This document shows, piece after piece, positions 9,724-17,999 of a stretch of 64,000 bases of DNA. The stretch is from a virus: positions 32,001 through 96,000 of the IMG/VR virus record IMGVR_UViG_3300045988_180675; one strand, given 5' to 3'. Numbering within the stretch: position 1 is the first letter of the stretch; each line of letters opens with the position of its first letter. The notes beneath the pieces were generated by a model, which ran no database searches, was not told the origin of the DNA, and saw only the letters and a program-made list of their open reading frames with translations. The position numbers were made by a program, and so were the translations under genes.

Positions 9724-9990
9724 TTATTTCTTCTTCAGGTTTTTGTTTAAGAGGATTAGCTGTCCCAGAATTATGAGTAATACACTTCCCACGATTCTTA
9801 ATTCAAACAGAATTGATAACTCTGTAGTTACGAAAGTTGTTAGTGAGTAAAATAAACTAGGCACAAGTGAGCCAACTCCTGCACAGATTAACCAATATGC
9901 AATAATTTCGATCCATGTTAATTTGCCGCACTCTTCTAAGCATTTACCTACAAGTTCCTTTACTCTTGCTGCTGTTTTCTTTAAGATCAT
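9724..9990 (-). CDS. Small membrane protein
   Basis: Start moved to the ATG at 9990 (RBS AAAGGAGAAG), because the track start at 10017 lies inside the promoter -10. Two TM helices. Confidence 0.55.
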   Translation of the reverse strand: MILKKTAARVKELVGKCLEECGKLTWIEIIAYWLICAGVGSLVPSLFYSLTTFVTTELSILFELRIVGSVLLIILGQLILLNKNLKKK

Positions 9991-10015
9991 ATCTTCTTCT
10001 CCTTTTTCTTGTTTC

Positions 10016-10044
10016 ATTCTAGCATATTATCTTCTTTTTAGCAA
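10016..10044 (-). promoter_or_regulatory. Class P-A promoter
   Basis: Minus strand: TTGCTA (10039-10044), AAAAAGAA..., 17-nt spacer, TAGAAT (10016-10021). Confidence 0.55.
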
Positions 10045-10045
10045 G

Positions 10046-10079
10046 TAAAAAAAGTGCCGATTATAGTATGTGGCACTTT
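10046..10079 (-). terminator. Rho-independent terminator
   Basis: Stem AAGTGCC (10052-10058) / GGCACTT (10072-10078), followed by TTTTTTT on the minus strand. Confidence 0.65.
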
Positions 10080-10233
10080 CTGGGACTTACCCTTTTGTAA
10101 AGTTGTTTAATTTGATGTCATGGAGTTAATGTTCACTTCCATCGGAGGTGGATCCAGATTTTTTGGGAGGATTTCTACTGGATCACGTAGAAGTGAACGA
10201 CCAAGGAAAGTTGTTTTGTTCTTCCTTCCTTGT
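10080..10233 (-). ncRNA. Candidate structured sRNA (about 185 nt including terminator) with an anti-Shine-Dalgarno-like apical loop
   Basis: Minus-strand promoter TTGACT (10263-10268), 17 nt, TAATAT (10240-10245), and terminator at 10046-10079. No ORF longer than 17 codons. Long hairpin GTTCACTTC (10131-10139) / GAAGTGAAC (10190-10198) with inner GTGGATCCAG/CTGGATCAC. The loop on the minus transcript reads UAGAAAUCCUCCCAAAAAAU. Confidence 0.35.
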
Positions 10234-10302
10234 AACCATATATTATCATAACAGTATATATAAGTCAATAGTCAAAAAGAAAATAGTTGGAAATCCAACT
10301 AT

Positions 10303-10827
10303 TTATTTCTTCAATTCCATCTCTTTTATCAATGCCTCTTCTGATTTGTTAGAGAGGAAATCTGGAGCGGAAAGGTAATCTGCTTTGTTGGAAACTGTTT
10401 CCCAGCCAAGCCAAATCTCTGTAAAATTTGTAAGTTCGACTGCTCGTATTGTGAATCCCTCTTCTGACCATGGCAGCTTCTTCTCTGGACCGATTGTAAC
10501 ATATTCTAGTCCACCAACCTTCCCTCTTCTTAGCGTTTGATCATCTATATAGGCGTCTGCCTGGAAAATAAGACATTCGTCATTCTTCATCGCTTCGCAA
10601 TCCTTGTGAACTAACAGCTGCACCCATGTCGATGGGTCGGTTTTGTTTTTATCTATGGACATTATGGCGTACAGTTCATCTGTAATGTAAACCTTTTCTT
10701 GCTTTCTTTTTGTTTTGTAATTGCAGTTTTCTTTAGCAAAGAGTATCTTCAGTCCCATTTTTCTTGCATCGAAATTTTCAAAAAATTCTTTTAAGTGTTC
10801 CTTTCTTACTTTGATCTTGTATAACAT
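10303..10827 (-). CDS. Hypothetical protein
   Basis: 174-aa ORF. A terminator hairpin AAATAGTTGGA/TCCAACTATTT overlaps its stop. Confidence 0.6.
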   Translation of the reverse strand: MLYKIKVRKEHLKEFFENFDARKMGLKILFAKENCNYKTKRKQEKVYITDELYAIMSIDKNKTDPSTWVQLLVHKDCEAMKNDECLIFQADAYIDDQTLRRGKVGGLEYVTIGPEKKLPWSEEGFTIRAVELTNFTEIWLGWETVSNKADYLSAPDFLSNKSEEALIKEMELKK

Positions 10828-10830
10828 TAC

Positions 10831-11499
10831 TTATTTTTCTCCTTCTTTGGTTGTTAGCTCTCTTAACTTCTCTTCTGATTCTCGTAATAAGTTCTTATAG
10901 TTTTCGATATCGGATTCTATCTTCCGTCTTTCTTTTTCTAGTTGAGATTTCTCTTTGTTTTTTAAAATATCAGCATACTTTTCTTTTGCTTCTTCTACAG
11001 GTAGCGACAATAGTTCAAGTGGTACAAAATATTCTTTGCCAGAATACATATCTGTGAAGTAAATGTTATTGTTATCAATACTGATCGTTTCGATATAACG
11101 ATAATAACCTGTTATGTCTCTGTAAAAAAGCGTTGTTTGATATTTGAAATAGTCAAGCCATTCTCCCTGAACCTTTTTTAGTTTTAGTAGATCCGATAGA
11201 AGTGGAGTTGCTTTTCTTGTAACCAAGTCATTTCTTACGAGTCTAACAACGTGATTGATAGCACTTGTGTATACTTCTTTTTCGTATTTTTCGATCTCAT
11301 CGTATTTAACACCCAGATCCTTCAGTTCAATTTCCATAGTTTTGATATAGCCATTTTCACCTGGCTTGTAAGAAAACTTTGCACTATCCCAATCAAATGC
11401 AATATCGTCAATATCTTCTAATTCGATATTCTTGTTTAGTACGTTGTTTGCATAGTTTACTACAAATTCTTCAATTGGTGTTAATTCTTCTTTTTTCAT
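10831..11499 (-). CDS. Hypothetical protein with C-terminal coiled coil (distantly family-B-like tail)
   Basis: 222-aa ORF. The C-terminus ...PLELLSLPVEEAKEKYADILKNKEKSQLEKERRKIESDIENYKNLL resembles the tails of family B proteins. Confidence 0.6.
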   Translation of the reverse strand: MKKEELTPIEEFVVNYANNVLNKNIELEDIDDIAFDWDSAKFSYKPGENGYIKTMEIELKDLGVKYDEIEKYEKEVYTSAINHVVRLVRNDLVTRKATPLLSDLLKLKKVQGEWLDYFKYQTTLFYRDITGYYRYIETISIDNNNIYFTDMYSGKEYFVPLELLSLPVEEAKEKYADILKNKEKSQLEKERRKIESDIENYKNLLRESEEKLRELTTKEGEK

Positions 11500-11522
11500 T
11501 TTTATTTTTCTCCTAATTCTTC

Positions 11523-11969
11523 TTATATTTCCCTTCTTAGTCCGACAGCCTGTTTCGCTAGTCGGTCCGCTTTATTATTTAACTCTATACCGCTGTGGCT
11601 CTTTACTTTGCAAAAGTCGATTTTTATATATTTGTTTATTTCCGTGAAGAAATCACGGTAGGCAAGCAAAAATCTGTTTTTCTGCTTCACTTTTACTTTA
11701 CCTAATGCAATATCTTCAATGCCGTTAAAATCAAAATACAATTTCATTCTTTTTAGCTTTAGCTTCCTAGCTGCCTTCATAATGGTGATCGCACCGAAAA
11801 TTTCTCCAGCAACGTTCTTGAGTTTTATGGCATCTTTTTCATTTCCTGATTTCCTAATAATGTATTCTTTCCCGTTAACGATTAAGATGCCACCACATCC
11901 GTATCTGTTTGTGTTGTAGTTGTAGGATCCATCTATATATGCGTATGCAGTATTCTTCGCCTTTCCCAT
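11523..11969 (-). CDS. RNase H type 1 (RNase HI-like)
   Basis: Start set at MGKAKNTAYAYIDGS (ATG 11969, RBS GGGATGGAAG). DEDD-type residues are visible: YIDGS, VAGEIFGAI, LYFDFNG, NNKADRLAKQA. Confidence 0.8.
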   Translation of the reverse strand: MGKAKNTAYAYIDGSYNYNTNRYGCGGILIVNGKEYIIRKSGNEKDAIKLKNVAGEIFGAITIMKAARKLKLKRMKLYFDFNGIEDIALGKVKVKQKNRFLLAYRDFFTEINKYIKIDFCKVKSHSGIELNNKADRLAKQAVGLRREI

Positions 11970-12021
11970 ATTTCTTCCATCCCTTTTTTCTATAGTAAGC
12001 CTACAAGTGAGTGATAATGTA

Positions 12022-12516
12022 TTATTGTTCGATACCTTCTTTTGAACAAATAGAGTTAGACCCAAATAATTTCTCTTCAAGCTCCTTCTTCTTTTTCTTA
12101 TCTATCTCTAGGCTGCGTTCCTTCATTTCAATTTCTTTTGCCAGTTCTTCATATTGTTCACGTGTCTTCAGCATGTCTTGCAATTTCTTTTTCTGATCGG
12201 CTTCTTTTGCTAGTGCTTCTATCTCTGTATCTCTTAATAAGAAGATGTCTAAGTCGATTGTTGCGTAGGAGTAGATAGAATCGAAAACACCATAGGAATC
12301 TTCAATCGCTGCTGAATAATAGATACCAAGGCTCTTCTTCCCTGTGATGTCATTTCCTGTGATTTCAAAGCTGACAATCTCTATATCTCTATACCCGACA
12401 GGAAAAACTCTCTCCAGATTTAATTCTTTGTCAATTTTTTTGATCTTCTTCAAAATCTCTTTCTTGTTTTTGTTGTTTTGATGCTGAATTTCTAACATCC
12501 GTTTTAGGTTTAACAT
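12022..12516 (-). CDS. Hypothetical protein with coiled-coil tail
   Basis: 164-aa ORF behind a P-A promoter. C-terminal KKKLQDMLKTREQYEELAKEIEMKERSLE. Confidence 0.6.
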   Translation of the reverse strand: MLNLKRMLEIQHQNNKNKKEILKKIKKIDKELNLERVFPVGYRDIEIVSFEITGNDITGKKSLGIYYSAAIEDSYGVFDSIYSYATIDLDIFLLRDTEIEALAKEADQKKKLQDMLKTREQYEELAKEIEMKERSLEIDKKKKKELEEKLFGSNSICSKEGIEQ

Positions 12517-12543
12517 AAGTTTTCTCTCTTTCTTTCTATACTT

Positions 12544-12572
12544 ATTATAGCATAATACTTTCTTTTAAGCAA
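12544..12572 (-). promoter_or_regulatory. Class P-A promoter
   Basis: Minus strand: TTGCTT (12567-12572), AAAAGAA, 17-nt spacer, TATAAT (12544-12549). Preceded by terminator GAGAG.../...CTCTC at 12578-12607. Confidence 0.6.
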
Positions 12573-12616
12573 CTAAAAAAGAGAGCTTTTATACTCTCTC
12601 TTTTTTGATTCTTAAT

Positions 12617-12877
12617 TTAGTATCGCTTATCTTCTGGAATTTTCGCAACCTTGTTATGGCACTTCTTGCAGAAATAATAAGCATTTTTGAGTTTATATTT
12701 AGAACCCTGGTACATATCGGAGTTGTCACAGGTGTCGTCACACTCACCGTGGTTATTCACTTGAAACTCCCACATACCAAAATAATACATTTTCTGGTAA
12801 AAGTGTTTTTTGTTACCGCAATGTGGACATACAAGATTCAATTCTTCATGTTTGTTCTCTGTTGTCATTTCACTCAC
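12617..12877 (-). CDS. Small zinc-ribbon protein
   Basis: 86 aa with two Cys pairs: CPHCGNKKHF ... CKKCHNKV. Confidence 0.6.
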   Translation of the reverse strand: MSEMTTENKHEELNLVCPHCGNKKHFYQKMYYFGMWEFQVNNHGECDDTCDNSDMYQGSKYKLKNAYYFCKKCHNKVAKIPEDKRY

Positions 12878-13613
12878 TCACTTTCTTCTTAACTTTGTCG
12901 GTGATGATGTCGGAAAGCTTGTACATCTTTCCAGCTTCTAATTGATCCGCAAGATACTTTAACTGGTAATCAAAGCCATTTTTATCTCTTGATCCTTGAA
13001 AAGTCCAACACAGACAACGTTCACCGTCATTATTTAGCCATTCAAAGCAATTCTTTTTTGCGTTTACCCTACCATATAATTCATCAATTTTCACATGGTA
13101 AAGAAACCTATTTTTTATGGCGATCGGACAATCGACAACATTTTCTTTGATCATGTAGTCTTTTTCGTTCATTTTTGTGGGGATAAAGTTGTATCCTACA
13201 TCAGCAATCGAAGCTAAAACACAAAGTCCAATCGCCAGTGACACACCAAGTAAAATGGTGTTAAGGTCATTTTGTGATGGGTTCCAGAGCCAAATTGTAG
13301 TGCCGACTGAAATTGCGAACGCTATTGCTGGGGAATAAATTGTCTTAAATATCGCTTTAATGATGGTGTCAGTCCCTAACCACTCTTTTATTTCTTTTTC
13401 GCTTTGTTCCTTTGTTGCTTTAGCCGTTCCTAGTTGACTATATAATTTTCTCTTCTTTTCTTCTTCGTCAGCCTGTGTATCAGCCTTCAAGCACTTGTCA
13501 AACGGAAGTGCGTCATTTATGTAGCCGTCGTTTACATCTGGTTCTTCTTCTAAGGCAGCCTCTAATGTGAAAGGGCTACTTTTTCTTTGTTCTTCCTGCG
13601 TTAATCCTGTCAT
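12870..13613 (-). CDS. Membrane protein, module gene Y (paralog of 20991-21809)
   Basis: Shared N-terminus (MTGLTQEEQ / MAGLTQEQQ), LPFDKC motif, central TM helices, DCPIA(I/V)K, and C-terminus YQ.KY.ADQLE.GK.YK.SDIITDK. Confidence 0.65.
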   Translation of the reverse strand: MTGLTQEEQRKSSPFTLEAALEEEPDVNDGYINDALPFDKCLKADTQADEEEKKRKLYSQLGTAKATKEQSEKEIKEWLGTDTIIKAIFKTIYSPAIAFAISVGTTIWLWNPSQNDLNTILLGVSLAIGLCVLASIADVGYNFIPTKMNEKDYMIKENVVDCPIAIKNRFLYHVKIDELYGRVNAKKNCFEWLNNDGERCLCWTFQGSRDKNGFDYQLKYLADQLEAGKMYKLSDIITDKVKKKVSE

Positions 13614-13630
13614 ATTTTTACCTACCTTCT

Positions 13631-14173
13631 TTAGTAATCTCTTTCCGAAAAAGTAATACCAGAATCCTTATCTAGCCGTGTATCTGGAATTTCTCTTGCA
13701 TATTCTTCAAATTTATTTAATGGAATTTTATGGATGTTGCAGACTGCCTCCTTGAACGGTGTTTTTACCCCAAGTTTCTCTCCGTTCCAATCTCCTTCTT
13801 GATCAGAAAAATATAGCCCACTAATATCGCAAATACTCTGCTCAAAATCAATTCCTGATTCCTCCTTGTTTTCTAGGCACCAACTAATTTTTACTATACA
13901 ATCAGCTTCTGTTTCGTCTTTTTCGTTCGGTAGAAAGACTTTTACAATAAGTTCATCATTTTCTTCTTTTTTGCTAACATCAAATAATGCTGTAAGCAAT
14001 TTAATGGTTTTCCCTGTACCTCTTGTTTTGGAATCGGTTGATTTGATTATGCTAATCAGTTCAGCGATCTTTTCTTTCGCTTCGGAAATGTCTTTAATCG
14101 AATATGTTAACGTGGCGTACAATTTTTCTCCGTTTGAACCCTTGATATAGTTTTTGATTACAAATCTCATCAT
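13631..14173 (-). CDS. Cytoplasmic protein, module gene X (paralog of 24249-24887)
   Basis: MRFVIKNYIKG...EAKEKIAELISIIK aligns with MKFLIKNYSKD...EAQEKMAEFITKIK. Shared CDISG(L/M)YF.DQE and IPDT.LD motifs. Promoter TTGACT (14222-14227), 17 nt, TATAAT (14199-14204). Confidence 0.65.
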   Translation of the reverse strand: MMRFVIKNYIKGSNGEKLYATLTYSIKDISEAKEKIAELISIIKSTDSKTRGTGKTIKLLTALFDVSKKEENDELIVKVFLPNEKDETEADCIVKISWCLENKEESGIDFEQSICDISGLYFSDQEGDWNGEKLGVKTPFKEAVCNIHKIPLNKFEEYAREIPDTRLDKDSGITFSERDY

Positions 14174-14397
14174 TCACTTTCCTCTTTTCTACGTCTTTAT
14201 TATATGTTATAAAGAAAGTAAAGTCAAGAAAAAAAAGAAGGTCTATCAAGCCTTCTTTTCTTTTTCTAATTCTTTGGAGAGAGTTAGAACAGGGAATTGA
14301 ATAACAAACTTTTCATAATTTTTGGAGAAAAAATGCAAAATCATTTAATTGTTCCCTGTATCTATATACTAGCATATCCTAGCGGTATATGCAAGCA

Positions 14398-15261
14398 CTA
14401 ATTTCTGTTATATCCGAAGGTTCTTGTCTTGAAAACATCTTTCCAATAATTTTCTCGTGCATAGATACGTGCTGGTTGGGTATTCTTTGGGAAGATCTCA
14501 AGAAGCGTGTAAGTAAAATTTTCAATGAAGTAGTCTTCGCCTTCATTTTCTAATAGTTCTTTTAATCCTTTGTTTCCGCCTGTAAACGAGGTTTTGTAAT
14601 CGTTCCATCTTTGTAAGATGCCGTCCTTGCCACTTGCAGATCCGATATATAACTTTCCGTTTCGTGTATCAGTGATGCAGTAAATTCCTTTAACACCAGA
14701 TAGTGCTGCTCTGTAGTCTGCATATCGAACGCCATCAATCATGGATTTTAATGTTTTGAATGGTAGATGCACATTTTCGAAGCCGTTAAACTTAATTGGT
14801 TCGTAGATGTTAGGCAGAATTTCTGCCACTTCGATATTTTTAATCATATTTTCTGCACTAAAAATATATCTGGAGTAGGTATTCCCTTTGTGATAGTGGA
14901 TGATTAGTCGCCCGATTAGGCTACTATATTCAGGTAATTCGTCGTGTCCACACGTCCCAATGTTGTCGGCATCTGGAATTGATGTTATCTTACCAGCTGA
15001 TACTAATAACCACTTATCATCACTTTCCTGTAATCTTACAAAACCGAAGCATAGCTGCCCGTTCGCAGTGAAGTTTCGACTCTTTCCCTGGTGAGAATGA
15101 TATGTGAAATCTGTATTTCTATCATTTGGATCACTCTCATACCAATCTAAAAAGTGCGTTCTTCCTTGCCAACCCATGTTTAAGCCGATCTTGGTGTTTG
15201 CAATTTGATTCTTTGTTAAGTGTAAAATATCGTTTAGTTTTAATTTCTTGTCATCGTTCAT
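14398..15261 (-). CDS. GIY-YIG nuclease domain protein with an uncharacterised N-terminal domain
   Basis: C-terminal KGIYCITDTRNGKLYIGSASGKDGILQRWNDY...NKGLKELL...RENYWKDVF is a GIY-YIG signature. Start moved to MNDDKKL (15261), because the track start overlaps the promoter. Confidence 0.75.
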   Translation of the reverse strand: MNDDKKLKLNDILHLTKNQIANTKIGLNMGWQGRTHFLDWYESDPNDRNTDFTYHSHQGKSRNFTANGQLCFGFVRLQESDDKWLLVSAGKITSIPDADNIGTCGHDELPEYSSLIGRLIIHYHKGNTYSRYIFSAENMIKNIEVAEILPNIYEPIKFNGFENVHLPFKTLKSMIDGVRYADYRAALSGVKGIYCITDTRNGKLYIGSASGKDGILQRWNDYKTSFTGGNKGLKELLENEGEDYFIENFTYTLLEIFPKNTQPARIYARENYWKDVFKTRTFGYNRN

Positions 15262-15712
15262 ATTTGTTTTCTCTTTCTTTATCATATAACAGTATATCAT
15301 ATTTTTACAAAAAAATCAAAAAAATAAAAGAAGGTTTACTAGACCTTCTTTTAGTAATATATGCTTAACAAATAAGCAAGTAAGAGAGATAAGGGCTATG
15401 CAACCCTGGACCTATGTCCACCTATATATTATTACAAGCAAATACAGAATGCAAGAAGAAAATAAAAAAAGAGAACGCCATTTTCTTTGACGCCCTCGCA
15501 TCTCTTTCTGCATACGCAGTAGAGTGTTGTAAGTTTTACCTTACGATTAACTTGTGTTTTTAGAGTCTACTTTTTAGTATGTATCGTTCGCTCAAGCAAA
15601 AGAGCTGAGTGGGATGGTGTACTTTGTTCGCTTGATTTACGATACTTTTTTATCTTACATGCTAACATCTAAAATGTCAATAAATATTTTTGCAAAAATA
15701 TCTAATTAGTAT

Positions 15713-15741
15713 TTGTTAAAAAGAAACTATTGTGTTATACT
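15713..15741 (+). promoter_or_regulatory. Class P-A promoter
   Basis: TTGTTA (15713-15718), AAAAAGAA, 17-nt spacer, TATACT (15736-15741) with TG at -15. Confidence 0.6.
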
Positions 15742-15770
15742 ATAAGTATAGAAAGAAAGAGAGAAGAAAT

Positions 15771-16112
15771 ATGGGCAAACTTATTTTAAAAAAGGATTGG
15801 AAATATTTAACAATCATGGAATGGGAAGGAATATTGGAAGATGTTTCTGAAGCTAGCACGAAGTTTAAATATCAGACATTTACGGTAAAAGGAGAAAGAG
15901 TTTACGAACTTGTTATGAAGAACGAAGGGAAGATATGCGGACGATGGGTTGGAAACAAAATAACCTTTTTAAGAGGATGCTCTGCTTGCCACAAGGAAAT
16001 TATTGAAGCATATTTAACTGGCTATAGTGCAGGAGTTATTTCAAATAGATTATCGCTGATCCAAAAAGTAAGTGACTGCGAGATGTGGATTGGCATGGAA
16101 GTTAATAAATAA
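15771..16112 (+). CDS. Hypothetical protein
   Basis: Start set at the ATG at 15771 (RBS AAGAAAGAGAGAAG). The track start at 15732 is a GTG inside the promoter. Confidence 0.6.
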   Translation: MGKLILKKDWKYLTIMEWEGILEDVSEASTKFKYQTFTVKGERVYELVMKNEGKICGRWVGNKITFLRGCSACHKEIIEAYLTGYSAGVISNRLSLIQKVSDCEMWIGMEVNK

Positions 16113-16131
16113 AAGAAAGAGAGGGAAATCA

Positions 16132-16491
16132 ATGCTAAGAGGAAAATCAATGTTATTTACAGAAGAAAACAAGAAAGGTGTTGCAAGCGTGTGCGACTCT
16201 ATTATGAGTGGGAAAGAATTGAGCGTAAAACAGATAGAAGATGCTTATTTGTTTATGGTGGAAGCTGGATGCGAAATAGAGAGAAAAATTAAGATGGTTT
16301 TAGAAATCGTCTATCCGTCTGTATGGAAGTGCTTTTATGGGTTGGATAACTTTAATATTTTTTGTAAAACACTTTATTTCAGGTATATCAATAACGATAA
16401 CGAGCTTGTTTCGTTCAAATTTCCGCTTAAACTATTGGGATTATCAAGAAAAGAATTGGAAGCAGAAGCCGAAAACATACAAAAGGACTAA
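16132..16491 (+). CDS. Family B paralog (short form)
   Basis: Start at 16132 (RBS AGAGAGGGAAA). KELSVKQIEDAYLFM...YPSVW...FKFPLKLLGLSRKELEAEAE aligns with the products of 27795, 28250 and 30553. Confidence 0.6.
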   Translation: MLRGKSMLFTEENKKGVASVCDSIMSGKELSVKQIEDAYLFMVEAGCEIERKIKMVLEIVYPSVWKCFYGLDNFNIFCKTLYFRYINNDNELVSFKFPLKLLGLSRKELEAEAENIQKD

Positions 16492-16508
16492 AGAAAGTCC
16501 TTTTTTAG

Positions 16509-16537
16509 TTGCTAAAAAGAATATGTTGTAGTATAAT
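16509..16537 (+). promoter_or_regulatory. Class P-A promoter
   Basis: TTGCTA (16509-16514), AAAAAGAA, 17-nt spacer, TATAAT (16532-16537). Confidence 0.65.
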
Positions 16538-16566
16538 AAGTATATAAGAAGAAAGGGATAAAAGAG

Positions 16567-17241
16567 ATGTTAAATAAAGAACAAAGTAAAGAATATGAAA
16601 AGCACCTTATGAAGAAGAAGGCTGAACTATTGAAATATTTAAGAAGACAGGCAGTTAATCTTGGGAAGTTTACTTCCATGGATGAGTATCTGGATAAACT
16701 AAAGAAAGAAGAAAAACTTTGTTATGAAGGAGATGCAACCAGATTGTACCAGAGTGTTTATGCGGCACTTGCTAGATACTTCGATCGATATCGACAAGGT
16801 GATGATTTTTTATATGATAGTCTTAGTATTCACGATACAAATGATGCGATTGCATATCTATTTGGGAAGAAACTTGAACGCAACAAGGTTGATATTGTAG
16901 AGCTGATTGGACAGTTAAGGGATGGGGTTGCGGAGATTGGTGATGGCGAACATTATATGTTGCTAGAACTTCACAGGACTTATCTTGAGTTTTTGGAAGC
17001 AAGAATCCTTCACATTCAACTGCTCACTGGACACAAGTTAATTGCGAGTGAAGATCAGTTTTGTGTTAAAAATGCAATAATAAATGCTGCTGGTATAATG
17101 ATAATCAACTACCAATGTGAGCTTGAAGGCAAGATTGTCGATAAAGTATTATGGCTCGGAGCAAGATATCTATCCATGAGCGATGTATTACTAAAGAAAA
17201 AATCTAAACAAAAACAAAATTGTAACACTTGGAAATATTAA
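16567..17241 (+). CDS. Hypothetical protein
   Basis: 224-aa ORF, RBS AAAGGGATAAAAGAG. No recognisable motif. Confidence 0.65.
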   Translation: MLNKEQSKEYEKHLMKKKAELLKYLRRQAVNLGKFTSMDEYLDKLKKEEKLCYEGDATRLYQSVYAALARYFDRYRQGDDFLYDSLSIHDTNDAIAYLFGKKLERNKVDIVELIGQLRDGVAEIGDGEHYMLLELHRTYLEFLEARILHIQLLTGHKLIASEDQFCVKNAIINAAGIMIINYQCELEGKIVDKVLWLGARYLSMSDVLLKKKSKQKQNCNTWKY

Positions 17242-17258
17242 AAGGAGAAAATAAAAAT

Positions 17259-17960
17259 ATGGAAAGAAAATACAACATTATCATTTGTCCAGAGTATGAC
17301 GTACCTTTAGATAAATTAAAGGAAAATGGAGTTCAGTTTTGCAAAGAAGAACTATCTGATTTTGGAACAGTTGGTGTTCCGTTGTATCTGTTTGATGTTG
17401 ACATGATTATGCGAAGTATTCCTGTGGATATCACTACTTGGTTATGGCACAGAGAACGTAACGGAATGAGTTCTACAGAATGGGCAAAGCAAGCACGGAA
17501 AGGAAATTACGTAGAAAAAGCTCTTGAAAAGAACTTTGGTCCATTATGTGAGATTGCAAAAGAAAACATTAAATTCGTCCACGAACTCTTTGGTGACATC
17601 TATGTGAACATTAAGGAAGAGGGAGAAGAAGAGTTTGTTAAAGTGCTAAATAAGGTTAATAAAGAGGCATTAGAAAATATGGGCGATCTAATCCGATGTT
17701 TCGTTGAACATGGATACATCAGTCAACAAGATTACCTTGAGCGAAAATATCCTATGGCATTCAGAGTTGTTGATGATCCGCAGCTTGGCAAGACAAGGTT
17801 GGCTGATCTAATATTCTTCTATAAAGAAGGAGAATACGAAGAAGCAAGAGCGGATATGGATGTCAAGATGTTTTGCAAGCTGAATGATGTTTCAGCGAGA
17901 ATGTTGTTTTGCCATAAGCGAGATGAGGATGATGATGTTCCACATGGGCAACTATCGTAA
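17259..17960 (+). CDS. Family A paralog
   Basis: Start at MERKYNIIICPEYDVPL (RBS AAAGGAGAAA). It shares the N-terminus and the GY..Q.DYLE.KYP.AFR motif with the products of 26200-26916, 27050-27766 and 29824-30534. Confidence 0.7.
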   Translation: MERKYNIIICPEYDVPLDKLKENGVQFCKEELSDFGTVGVPLYLFDVDMIMRSIPVDITTWLWHRERNGMSSTEWAKQARKGNYVEKALEKNFGPLCEIAKENIKFVHELFGDIYVNIKEEGEEEFVKVLNKVNKEALENMGDLIRCFVEHGYISQQDYLERKYPMAFRVVDDPQLGKTRLADLIFFYKEGEYEEARADMDVKMFCKLNDVSARMLFCHKRDEDDDVPHGQLS

Positions 17961-17999
17961 AAAATAAAAAAGTGCTGTTTAAGCACTTTCTTTTTTTAA

